Below the pieces are notes generated by a model. The model made no database searches. It saw only the letters and a program-made list of their open reading frames with translations, and was not told where the DNA came from. A program made the position numbers and the translations under genes. Shown piece by piece: positions 28,607-37,437 of a stretch of DNA of 64,000 bases (its first letter is position 1; each line of letters starts with the position of its first letter). Origin of the DNA: Candidatus Micrarchaeia archaeon (GTDB taxonomy: Archaea > Micrarchaeota > Micrarchaeia > Anstonellales > VGKX01); contig JBAZLG010000003.1 in the NCBI GenBank assembly GCA_041650395.1, positions 310,917-374,916 of the forward strand, in the 5' to 3' direction.

Positions 28607-29692
28607 TCAGGAATTCTCAGTCTCAAAGTCAAGCGAGCTTATGGCTGCGACCTGGCCAGAAGGGAGGTACATGCTCACAGGCGAGAAAGTGATTGAGTTG
28701 CCTTCGTGCTTCCTCGAGCCTATGTTGAGGTGGATTGAGCGCGGCTCCGCGCCCTCGTAGGACACTTCGAACTGCGCCACGACGACGCCGTCCGAGCCGC
28801 CCATTATCTCCGAGATGGTCTCCCTGACGAACGTGCTCTCGAACATGTCCAATAGAGCGTGGCGCGCGTTCTCGTCGACCTTGAATGATTTCCTTATCCC
28901 GTTATGCGTGGATTTCAATGTCACGTGCTTGCGGTCTATGAGGACCTTGCCCGCCACGAGCTGGATAAGGGACTTGACAAGCGCCACCTTGAACTTCTCA
29001 AACGAGCCTGCGGACGGCAAAAGCCCGGCTGGCGCGGACGGGGCGAGCATGGGCGGGGCTGGCTCGGGCATTGACTCCACAAGCCCTGAAATCTGTTTTA
29101 TGTTCTTCCTGATTTTGTCAAAATTCGAAAGCGCCTTTTCCGACTCGCCAAGCGAGGACGGCTGGGAATACAGCTTGCGCCTGATTTCCGAGAACTCGGC
29201 TGAAAGCGCTGCGAGCCTGCGCGAATTCTCCGACAGCTCCTCTTCCGACAACTGCCCGCCGTTTGATATCGCCTGGACAGAGGAATCGTTTATCAGGCCC
29301 TCAAGCTCCACCATGTTGCCAGCGAAATCCGCGCTAAGGTCGGAGGCGTTCTGGTGCATGTCCATTGCGTAAAGGTTTTCCGAAAGTGCCTTTGACGCGT
29401 CGACTATCCTGTTATAGGACTCGACAACCTGTTCCTTTTCCTGCGACTGGCCGGAGGGCCTTTTGAGCACGTCGGCTATGGCATTTGACAGGGAAAGGAG
29501 GAAAAGCGAGTCCTCATATACGCGCTGGGGCGAGACAGTGCCAGCCATGGCAAGGTTGTGCATGAGATGGGACTTCAATGATGCGTGGCTTGAATGCAGG
29601 TCGGCAATCCTTTGCCAGTATTCAGGTTCGCTAAGGGTGCGCGGCTTGCTGGACGCATGCCCCCGGCTGGCCTTTTTTCTGCTCTTTGACAT
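28607..29692 (-). CDS. Hypothetical coiled-coil protein with a C-terminal alpha/beta domain (362 aa from MSKSRKK), co-directional with the cysteine-ladder protein
   Basis: Long ORF. The internal Met at 29692 is preceded by a TATA-like TTACATTAAAT about 20-25 bp upstream. The central region is Ser/Glu/Leu-rich with heptad-like periodicity. No known motif. Confidence 0.5.
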   Translation of the reverse strand: MSKSRKKASRGHASSKPRTLSEPEYWQRIADLHSSHASLKSHLMHNLAMAGTVSPQRVYEDSLFLLSLSNAIADVLKRPSGQSQEKEQVVESYNRIVDASKALSENLYAMDMHQNASDLSADFAGNMVELEGLINDSSVQAISNGGQLSEEELSENSRRLAALSAEFSEIRRKLYSQPSSLGESEKALSNFDKIRKNIKQISGLVESMPEPAPPMLAPSAPAGLLPSAGSFEKFKVALVKSLIQLVAGKVLIDRKHVTLKSTHNGIRKSFKVDENARHALLDMFESTFVRETISEIMGGSDGVVVAQFEVSYEGAEPRSIHLNIGSRKHEGNSITFSPVSMYLPSGQVAAISSLDFETENS

Positions 29693-29827
29693 CTTGACCA
29701 CGGCTTGATTTAATGTAATGAACCTGTTAATAAACCTTGACATAAAACAAGGCGGAAAACAGGGCAGAAACAAAGTGCAAATCCCGCGTCCATTGGCAGG
29801 GCATGCCCGCGCAAGGCAGGAAAAACA

Positions 29828-31417
29828 TCATTTCGCCCCAAGCGTGAATATGCCCGCGCTTGTAGATTTGTTCCTTTCAAGCTCCCCCGCAAGCTGGGAC
29901 ACTATGGATTCCTTGACTGCCAGGTACTTGTCCCTTGGCATTGCGAGATTGCCTATCGCGTGGCGAAGCCCCTTGGAATTGAAGCAGAACATGCTATCAG
30001 ACAGCGCTTCCGAATTGTGGCAGAAATACGAGTCCGAGCACTTGGCGCACGAGTCAAGCTCGAAACACCTGTTGAGGTGCTGGGAATTGTAGCATTTCAG
30101 CGCGAACTGGGATTCGAGGACCCTGTAACAGCCATAGGCGTATTTTGAATTCAGGGCAAAGGAGCATAGCCCGATGTTTTCCGCATATACCGCGTCGTGC
30201 CCCTTGTAGGCATTGACCACATTGAACGCGTGCGGGAATGATACGAGCCCGGAATTCTGCCCGTCTGCAAGTTCAGGTGTAAAATAGGCTATTTCAGGCA
30301 GGGCACTGATTGCGGATGCGAGGTCCTCTATCTTGGCGCTTGCCGGGATTTTCCCAAGAGCCAGGGACTCGCGCATGGAGACCGTCCTTTTCACGGGGTA
30401 TTCCCTGAAAAAGGGGAGGGTCGATGGAAGCCAGGTGGCATCTCCAAACGCAGAGCGGACTGGCGACATGCCGACGCTTCCTTGCGAGAGCCACTCCCCG
30501 TATTCCCTTATGCCCGCCGGCTTCCTGCCAAAAAGCATGGAATAAGTGGCTGAAAAGCCCTTCTCGACCTGGCTTATGTCGGTACAAGCCTGCTGCGCCG
30601 GAAGGCCCAGGCCTGCACGCCCGGGCGGTTCCGAATCGCCTGCAAGTTCCAGCAAAGACGGGAACTCCCCGTCCCTTTCAAGCGCATCCGCCGCCTCGCC
30701 GAGTATTTTGGATTTTATGGCGAGATATTTGTCGCGGGGCAGCTGGAGGTTTCCGACGCAATACGCCCTGTTCCTCTGCCCGAAGCAAAAGAGCATGTCA
30801 TGGGAATTCAGCACATTGTGCGAGAAATAACAGTCGCTTGCCATGCCCACTATGGAACATTCAAAAGAGCGCTTCTGCCCGAAAGAGTCGAAAACGCGCA
30901 CGAGGAACTCGCCGGCGCCAAGCATGCCGGAGCCGAATATGTTCCTGCTGCCCTTCCTTACCATGAAGGAGGACGCGACGCACCGGGATTCCTCCACATT
31001 GCCGGAATTCATGACGTTTTGCGAGTCCAGGACAATGTCCGAGTCAATCACGCCCGAACTTGAGCCGAGATGCCTGTTGCCCGCGTATGCGGCCTGCCCG
31101 CGCATGCCCTCAAGTATAGAATCGAGGTCCTTGACCTGGTTTATGCCAAGTGAAAATGGCTTGTTGATTTCAACCTCTTCAGCGGAGACAAAGCGCGAGC
31201 CGCCAGCATAGCAGTCCATGGCAAGGGACACGCTCCTGCCCGAAACACATGATTTCCTCCTGGCGCGTGCGGGCATTGAGCGCGAAAGCCATGCCTCGTA
31301 TTTCCCGAGCGGGCCTATGCTCCTGCCAAAAATTATCCTGCATGTGGAATCCCATGCCGCCTCAACGGCGGCGCCCGCGCCCGCATCCCCGGGCGCCCGG
31401 ATTGTCTTGGTTGCCAT
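29828..31417 (-). CDS. Hypothetical internally duplicated protein: 2 x [Cys/Ser-ladder beta-solenoid-like repeats of about 12 aa, followed by a GNLxxPRDKYLAxK...ELER helix]
   Basis: The two halves are readable by eye: ...CSIVGMASDCYFSHNVLNSHDMLFCFGQRNRAYCVGNLQLPRDKYLAIKSKILGEAADALERDGEF and ...CYNSQHLNRCFELDSCAKCSDSYFCHNSEALSDSMFCFNSKGLRHAIGNLAMPRDKYLAVKESIVSQLAGELERN. No family recognised. Confidence 0.55.
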   Translation of the reverse strand: MATKTIRAPGDAGAGAAVEAAWDSTCRIIFGRSIGPLGKYEAWLSRSMPARARRKSCVSGRSVSLAMDCYAGGSRFVSAEEVEINKPFSLGINQVKDLDSILEGMRGQAAYAGNRHLGSSSGVIDSDIVLDSQNVMNSGNVEESRCVASSFMVRKGSRNIFGSGMLGAGEFLVRVFDSFGQKRSFECSIVGMASDCYFSHNVLNSHDMLFCFGQRNRAYCVGNLQLPRDKYLAIKSKILGEAADALERDGEFPSLLELAGDSEPPGRAGLGLPAQQACTDISQVEKGFSATYSMLFGRKPAGIREYGEWLSQGSVGMSPVRSAFGDATWLPSTLPFFREYPVKRTVSMRESLALGKIPASAKIEDLASAISALPEIAYFTPELADGQNSGLVSFPHAFNVVNAYKGHDAVYAENIGLCSFALNSKYAYGCYRVLESQFALKCYNSQHLNRCFELDSCAKCSDSYFCHNSEALSDSMFCFNSKGLRHAIGNLAMPRDKYLAVKESIVSQLAGELERNKSTSAGIFTLGAK

Positions 31418-31512
31418 GCTTGTTTGGGGCTTTCAGGAAATATTAAAATTCACATATAAAAATTGCACAAATAGAGAAAATATTATAAAGAATTGATAAT
31501 ATAAGCAATAAT
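31418..31512. promoter_or_regulatory. AT-rich divergent promoter region between the cysteine-ladder gene and the tandem Lrp regulator
   Basis: Several TATA-like elements (ATATTAAAATT, CATATAAAAATT, AATATTATAAAG, ATAATATAAGC) within 95 bp separating divergent start codons. Confidence 0.4.
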
Positions 31513-32502
31513 ATGGCAGGAAGTCAGGATGGCAGGCAGGGGCTGGACGCCCTGGACCGCAAAATCATGTACGAGCTCGACCTTAACGCCAGGGCAAGCG
31601 CGTCCGCGCTTGCAAAACGCCTGCGCAGGAGCAAGGAGACCATTAATTTCAGGCTCAACAGGCTTGTCAGGCAGGGCTGGATAAAGGGGTTCTACACGGT
31701 ATTCAACACCTCTGCGCTTGGGCTCTTCTACGTCAAGGCATACCTGAAATTCAAGGACGCGGCGCCGAAAAAGGAATCCGAGATTTTCTCATACATGTCG
31801 GGGCAAAGCCATGTGGCATACCTTGCAAGCCTAGAAGGGCGCTACGACGCCGTGGCGCTTGTGATGGTCAGAAGCATGGCGCAGGCAGACGGTTTTTTCT
31901 CCGCGTTCATGAAAAGGTACGGGGCATATGTGCAGGAAAAGGACGTGTGCGTGTTCCTCGCCACGCACAGGTTAAACCAGAAATTCCTCTACGCCGGGGG
32001 GAAAAGCGCGGACTGGACATACCCATACGAGCTTGGCGGCAAGAGGCTTGACAAGGAAGACATGGGGATACTTGAAAGCATCCAGTCAAACGCCAGGCTG
32101 CCCATAATCGGGATTGCAAAGGCCGCGGGCATAACCCCCGCCTCGGCAAAGTACAGGCTGAAAAGGCTTGAGAAAGAGGGGATAATACTCGCGTACGTCA
32201 CGTCGCCTAATTTCGACATGCTCGGATTGCAGTTCGCGCAGATAAACATCTCTCTTAACGACCCGAGCGCGAGAAAAGAGATAATGGCGTATTTCGATTC
32301 AACCAACAAGTGCCTCTTCGCGATTGAAATGCTTGGGAAATACGACGTGCTTGCCGAAGTCCACGTGCAAAGCCAGCAGGAATTGAGGGAAATAATAGCC
32401 AAATTCAAGGAGAGGTTCGTGGGCAAGTATAATGACTACGACGTCTCCACAATCACGAAGGAATACGTCGTCGTCTGGGGCCCCGTCGGGGAGAAGAAAT
32501 AG
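31513..32502 (+). CDS. Lrp/AsnC-family transcriptional regulator with two tandem fused HTH + RAM units
   Basis: Two copies of the Lrp-type HTH: LDALDRKIMYELDLNARASASALAKRLRRSKETINFRLNRLVRQGWIKG and LDKEDMGILESIQSNARLPIIGIAKAAGITPASAKYRLKRLEKEGII. Each is followed by a RAM-like region. Confidence 0.7.
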   Translation: MAGSQDGRQGLDALDRKIMYELDLNARASASALAKRLRRSKETINFRLNRLVRQGWIKGFYTVFNTSALGLFYVKAYLKFKDAAPKKESEIFSYMSGQSHVAYLASLEGRYDAVALVMVRSMAQADGFFSAFMKRYGAYVQEKDVCVFLATHRLNQKFLYAGGKSADWTYPYELGGKRLDKEDMGILESIQSNARLPIIGIAKAAGITPASAKYRLKRLEKEGIILAYVTSPNFDMLGLQFAQINISLNDPSARKEIMAYFDSTNKCLFAIEMLGKYDVLAEVHVQSQQELREIIAKFKERFVGKYNDYDVSTITKEYVVVWGPVGEKK

Positions 32503-32591
32503 TAAGGAACACGCATGCGGGAAAGCATGGAAAGGCTTGGAACAGCCAAGCCGCATGCATTGCCTGTGAAGGCGGGCGCCTGCTGGAACGC

Positions 32592-34028
32592 TTAGCCTTT
32601 GACTACGCCCATCGGCACAAGCCTTGCCACAATGTCTGAAATGCCTGCGGCCTTAACAGAATCAACCACCATGTCAACGTCCTTGTACGCGCCGGGGGCC
32701 TCCTCGGCTATCAGGCGCGGCTCTGTGGCGCGCACGATTATGCCGCGCTTTTTCAAGTCGCCTGCTATGTCCATGCCGCCCATCTTCTCTATGGCGGATT
32801 TCCTGGACATTGCCCTGCCTGCCCCGTGGCATGAGGAGCCGAAAGCCTGCTCCATGCCCGCCTGCTTGCCAACAAGGACATAGGACGCCGTGCCCATGGA
32901 ACCCGGGATTATGACAGGCTGGCCTGTGTTCCTGTACATGGAAGGAATCTCCTTCCTGCCAGCCGCAAACGCGCGCGTGGCGCCCTTGCGGTGCACGCAT
33001 ACCTGCCTGTTCTTCCCGTCTACCTTATGTGTCTCGAACTTTGCCACGTTATGGCACACGTCATAGACGACTGACATGCTGTCGCCCGTGCCGCCTCCAA
33101 AAACTGAATCGAACGTCTCCCTGACCCAATGGGTCATTACCTGCCTGTTGCAAAACGCGAAATTGACTGCGCACTTCATCGCCTTGAAATAATCGGACGC
33201 CTCCCTCGAATCAAGGGGAGCGCAGCAAAGTTCCCTGTCAGGCAGCTCTATCCTGTATTTTTCCGAGGCGCGAAGCATCACGCGAAGCGAGTCGTCGCAT
33301 ACCTGGTGGCCAAACCCGCGCGAGCCTGTGTGTATGAGTATTGTGGCCTCGCCTTCCACAAGCCCGAATTTCTTCGCCGCAGGGCTGTTTTCGATTTTCT
33401 GGATTTCCTGGACCTCCAGGAAATGGTTGCCCGCGCCAAGCGTGCCGAACTGCGGCATGCCGCGCTTTTTCGCCATGTCGGAAACAGCAAGCGGGTCGGC
33501 CCCGTCCATCCTGCCGTTCTCCTCGCAGGCGTCGAGGTCCTCCTTCCTGCCCATGCCGCTTCTCACGGCGTATTCCGCGCCATTGGCCAGCGCGTCCGCA
33601 AACTCGCCGGGCTGGAGCCGGAGCCTGCCTTTCACGCCCACGCCGCTTGGCACGTTCCTGAACAGGAGTTCCACGAGTTCGGGGAGCTTCTCGCGGACCA
33701 TCTTGGCGGGCATGCCCGTCCTTATCAGGCGCACGCCGCAGTTTATGTCATAGCCCACGCCGCCCGGGGATACCACGCCGCCCTCCTCCGGGTCAAACGC
33801 GGCGACCCCGCCAATAGGGAACCCGTAACCCTCGTGCCCGTCGGGCATAAGTATCGCGTTTGAGACAATGCCTGGGAGCTTTGCGACGTTTTTGAGCTGG
33901 TTGAAAGTCCTGTCCCTGCCCATGGTCGCCATGAGCTTTTCAGTGGCAAAGACTATCGCAGGCACGTTCATCCCGCCCTCTTGCGGGATTTGCCATACTG
34001 CCTCGGAAAGACGGTTCATTGAAATCAC
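32592..34028 (-). CDS. rtcB: RNA-splicing ligase RtcB
   Basis: Conserved segments MPDGHEGYGFPIGGV, GYDINCGVR, GAGNHFLEVQ, IPGSMGTASYVL and SSCHGAGRAMSR. Confidence 0.92.
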   Translation of the reverse strand: MISMNRLSEAVWQIPQEGGMNVPAIVFATEKLMATMGRDRTFNQLKNVAKLPGIVSNAILMPDGHEGYGFPIGGVAAFDPEEGGVVSPGGVGYDINCGVRLIRTGMPAKMVREKLPELVELLFRNVPSGVGVKGRLRLQPGEFADALANGAEYAVRSGMGRKEDLDACEENGRMDGADPLAVSDMAKKRGMPQFGTLGAGNHFLEVQEIQKIENSPAAKKFGLVEGEATILIHTGSRGFGHQVCDDSLRVMLRASEKYRIELPDRELCCAPLDSREASDYFKAMKCAVNFAFCNRQVMTHWVRETFDSVFGGGTGDSMSVVYDVCHNVAKFETHKVDGKNRQVCVHRKGATRAFAAGRKEIPSMYRNTGQPVIIPGSMGTASYVLVGKQAGMEQAFGSSCHGAGRAMSRKSAIEKMGGMDIAGDLKKRGIIVRATEPRLIAEEAPGAYKDVDMVVDSVKAAGISDIVARLVPMGVVKG

Positions 34029-34100
34029 CGGTAAGAATGATAATCAGGGAAATAGTATGAAGCAAGGACATTTTTAAAGGCAGGGATAAATTATCAATAT

Positions 34101-35366
34101 ATGTCAAGAAAATTATGGATTGGAAGTTTCGCGCGCACCAGCGTCAGGATGGGCGAGTCGCCGTCAAAATCCCAGCAGGAGACCCATGGGAAGGGGCCGG
34201 GCAGGAGAGACAGGCGCGCCGACAGGCAGCGCGGGCAATCGGAATCCCAGAAAAACGACAGGCAGGGCCGCAGGGGCGGCTACGGCGGCGCCCAGTACCA
34301 GCGCAGGGACGAGAGGCGCGGGCAGGGCGATGATACGGGCCGCGCATTCCAGTCAAGGGAGCAGAGGAAGTCCTATTACAGGGAAGCCATACTCGCAATC
34401 GACGTAGGGGGGACGAAGTCCCACGCAATACTCGAAGTCAACGGGAAGATAGTCGGCGAGCTTAGGGTCGGCACGCCGAAGAAAAACCACAAGCTTCTCG
34501 TGGACGCGATAACCACACTTGCCCAAAGGGTCGGAGCGCGCGATGTGAGCGCTATAGGCCTTTGCATGCCGGGCTTTGTCGAAGACGGGGTAGTGCACGG
34601 GCTGCCAAACATCGGGATAACCGGCAAGATAGAGATTGGCAAGGAAGTGTCAAAACGCCTCGGCGCGCCGGTGGTGGTTGAAAACGATTCAAAGGCATTC
34701 GCAATAGCCGAATACGCTGCGGGCGCAGGCAAGGGCGCAAACCCTCTCCTCGGCATAACTTTTGGAACCGGGGTCGGCGGCGGGGCGGTGATAAACGGCG
34801 AGATGTACACCGGAGCCAAAAACATGTCTTGCGAGTTCGGGCACGTGAAGGTCGCAGCCGAAGGCGAGGCCTGCGGATGCGGCGGCACCGGGTGCCTTGA
34901 AACCTTCTGTTCGGGAAAGGCAATAGAGCGCGAATACAGGAAACGCCTCGAAGCCGCGGGCGGGAAGCCGGGGGAGGACCATGACAGGCCCCACCAGCTC
35001 GATGCGCACATAATATCCCAGACAGCCTCCGCAAAGGAGATACTTGAGAACAATGACGACAAGATTGCCATCGAGGTTTGCAGGCGCGCGGCATGGTTTG
35101 CCGGCAGGGGCGCGGGGAGCATGGCGAACGCATTCAACCCGCAAAAAATAGTCATAGGCGGCTCCGTGGCGCCGCATTACCTGGAGAAATACGCGGCGGA
35201 TTTCAGGGAAGGCTTCCTGTCTGCGGCCATCGGGCCGTTGCAGGGCACGCCCGTGTCTCTGGCGAAATTCGAGAACCCGAGCCTGGAAGGCGCGCTGATA
35301 CTCGCAAAGGCATACTTGAGCGCGCAAAAAGGTATGCGGCAGCAGGGCAAGGGCGCCAGGCGCTGA
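34101..35366 (+). CDS. ROK-family sugar kinase (glucokinase-like) with an approximately 95-aa R/G/Q-rich low-complexity N-terminal extension
   Basis: ROK core AILAIDVGGTKSH...GTGVGGGAVINGEMYTGA...CGCGGTGCLE. The in-frame N-terminus is RRDRRADRQRGQSESQKNDRQGRRGGYGGAQYQRRDERRGQGDD. An alternative, non-ATG downstream start cannot be excluded. Confidence 0.8.
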   Translation: MSRKLWIGSFARTSVRMGESPSKSQQETHGKGPGRRDRRADRQRGQSESQKNDRQGRRGGYGGAQYQRRDERRGQGDDTGRAFQSREQRKSYYREAILAIDVGGTKSHAILEVNGKIVGELRVGTPKKNHKLLVDAITTLAQRVGARDVSAIGLCMPGFVEDGVVHGLPNIGITGKIEIGKEVSKRLGAPVVVENDSKAFAIAEYAAGAGKGANPLLGITFGTGVGGGAVINGEMYTGAKNMSCEFGHVKVAAEGEACGCGGTGCLETFCSGKAIEREYRKRLEAAGGKPGEDHDRPHQLDAHIISQTASAKEILENNDDKIAIEVCRRAAWFAGRGAGSMANAFNPQKIVIGGSVAPHYLEKYAADFREGFLSAAIGPLQGTPVSLAKFENPSLEGALILAKAYLSAQKGMRQQGKGARR

Positions 35367-35379
35367 CTTCTTTTGCAGT

Positions 35380-36708
35380 TCATGCCTGCTGGCCGGGCAT
35401 TTTCCCGGACAGGATATTCCGTGTCGCTGACTTGTAAAGCTCCACGTTGGGCTGGTCGTAAGGGTTGACGCCGAGCAGGTGGCAGAGAAGCACGACTTCT
35501 ATCATCTCAAACTGCATGATATAGCCAAGCGAGCTTGTGCTCTTTGATTTCAGCCTGACGTCCATGAACGGGATTGACAGGTCTGAAAACGTCCCCTTGA
35601 CGCCGCCAAGTATTGCGTCAAGTATTTCCTGCGTGTCCTTGCCCTGGATGTGGTTGACCAGGGAATCGTACTGGGGCATCTGCGGCACCTGGATGTGCCT
35701 GCCCGCAGGGTCGTAGGACACGAGCCTGAAATAAATGTTCCTCGAGCCTGCCAGGTAGAGCTGCGCCACCGAGTGCAGGTCCGTGGTGCCGATGGACACT
35801 GTAGGGAGTATGCCCGTGTTGACGCGGGCTGATTCGTCTATGTTCCACTCCTTGCCAGAACTCTCCGCGAGGAGCTGGCGGTACCACTTGCCCAAAGCTT
35901 CCATTTCCGGGGAAAATATGAACTGGTCGAAGACCTGCCTGCCCGACATGTAATGCCCGTAGAGTATGCTGGCGCTTTTTGCAGCAGGCGATTCCGAAAC
36001 ATCGCATTCAAGGCATGCAGAATTGGCCTTTCGCGCCCCTGCGAGCACAGACTTGACGTCCGCTCCGACTAAAGCCAGCGGGACAAGCCCGACAGTCGTG
36101 AATACCGAATACCTGCCGCCTATCTCGTGGGGGGAATGTATCGCCTCAATGCCGAATTCCGCGGCGACCCTCTCAAAGGGCGAGCCCTGGTCTGTTATGA
36201 TTGCCATGCTGTCCTTCACGTCCGCGCCAGCGGAGAGCAGGGTCTCGTGCAATATCTCAAAATTGGCCACAGTCTCCGTAGTCTTGCCGGACTTTGAAAT
36301 GCCAAGGACCATGACCTTCTTGCCTTCCCTGACCCTCGATTCCACAACCGAGAGTATGGCCCTTAGGGATTCCGGGTCGCAGCTTTCGGCAAAGAGCACC
36401 TGCTTGTCGCTTGTCAGGTTGCCGTACTTGCCTGTGAGCGAGCGTATGATTGCCTTTGCGCCAAGGTTGGAACCGCCTATGCCCGCGACCACTATGGTGT
36501 CCTTGTCGGCATGGCGCGAGGCGAAGGATAGCGCCGAGTCCGAGAACTCATGCGCAGCCGGAAGCGCGGAGAACAGGTCCCCCTGCATGGCTGCGGCGCC
36601 GGACATGGCGGATTTGAGTTCCTCGTGCCTGCGGCCAAGCCTGGACAGGCCGGATTCGATCTTGTCAGGGTGCATGCATACGTGGGAAAAGTCAATTTGT
36701 ACGCCCAT
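35380..36708 (-). CDS. pgi: Glucose-6-phosphate isomerase (short bacterial/archaeal PGI type)
   Basis: KDTIVVAGIGGSNLGAKAI, MVLGISKSGKTTET and overall collinearity with approximately 440-aa PGIs. Confidence 0.88.
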   Translation of the reverse strand: MGVQIDFSHVCMHPDKIESGLSRLGRRHEELKSAMSGAAAMQGDLFSALPAAHEFSDSALSFASRHADKDTIVVAGIGGSNLGAKAIIRSLTGKYGNLTSDKQVLFAESCDPESLRAILSVVESRVREGKKVMVLGISKSGKTTETVANFEILHETLLSAGADVKDSMAIITDQGSPFERVAAEFGIEAIHSPHEIGGRYSVFTTVGLVPLALVGADVKSVLAGARKANSACLECDVSESPAAKSASILYGHYMSGRQVFDQFIFSPEMEALGKWYRQLLAESSGKEWNIDESARVNTGILPTVSIGTTDLHSVAQLYLAGSRNIYFRLVSYDPAGRHIQVPQMPQYDSLVNHIQGKDTQEILDAILGGVKGTFSDLSIPFMDVRLKSKSTSSLGYIMQFEMIEVVLLCHLLGVNPYDQPNVELYKSATRNILSGKMPGQQA

Positions 36709-36786
36709 TTGTTATCCACATCTTGTGCTCTTGATGCACTTACATTTGATGCCTGACTTTATAAAGTATTTTTACGCATGTCTGGC

Positions 36787-36975
36787 ATGGTGGCTTACGT
36801 CAAGGTAATCTCCAACAGGAAGGAGAAGATAGTCAAGGATTACCCCAGCCCCAAGACCAAGAAGATCATTTTCCCAGTGAAAAAGAAGGATGATTTCATA
36901 ATCACGCCCTATGACTCTCGGCCAGAAGATTCAGGCATCAAGCCAGCCAAGGTCCACAAGAAAGGGAAGTTCTAG
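36787..36975 (+). CDS. Small basic protein (about 62 aa), possibly nucleic-acid binding
   Basis: Lys-rich ORF. TATA-like CTTTATAAAG lies about 27 bp upstream of the ATG at 36787; the 36778 ATG is too close to the TATA. Confidence 0.35.
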   Translation: MVAYVKVISNRKEKIVKDYPSPKTKKIIFPVKKKDDFIITPYDSRPEDSGIKPAKVHKKGKF

Positions 36976-37118
36976 ACTGCAGCCCCGAAACCCAGCATAA
37001 CAAGAGAGGGCTTTGGGATGTTTTCGTCAATGAGCGATGCGATATTAATATAAGCGGGAGCGTAGAAACAGATTCACATTCCAAGAGTGCCACTCATAGG
37101 TTTAGAGGTGTTATTGCA

Positions 37119-37409
37119 ATGGCAAAGATAGTATTCAAATCCCAGAACATGGAGATAGACGCTCCGGCAGGCTCGAACATAGCCGACGTGTGCGACTCGA
37201 ACAACGTCCCCTTCCCGTTCTCGTGCAGGTCGGGCGTGTGCACCACGTGCCTGTGCAATGTCCTTGAAGGCGCCGAACTCCTCAATGAAAAGGAGGACAA
37301 CGAGAAAATGACGCTTGAGGGCGCGGGCGCCAAGGAGAACCAGAGGCTTGGCTGCCAGGTCAAGGTGGTCAAGGAAGGCAGGGTAGTCCTTGAAAGCGTC
37401 GAATACTGA
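37119..37409 (+). CDS. [2Fe-2S] ferredoxin (plant-type fold)
   Basis: CRSGVCTTC...LGC cysteine spacing (CxxxxCxxC...C). A GAGGTG Shine-Dalgarno-like motif lies 9 nt upstream. Confidence 0.7.
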   Translation: MAKIVFKSQNMEIDAPAGSNIADVCDSNNVPFPFSCRSGVCTTCLCNVLEGAELLNEKEDNEKMTLEGAGAKENQRLGCQVKVVKEGRVVLESVEY

Positions 37410-37437
37410 TTAGCAGGGGACCCGGGGCGCCAAAGCG

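Noticed and set aside
33129-33863. A 244-aa plus-strand ORF antisense to rtcB, and 34376-35327 minus-strand ORFs antisense to the ROK kinase
   Set aside because: Both host genes have unambiguous conserved motifs. The antisense ORFs are Arg/Ala-rich with no recognisable features.
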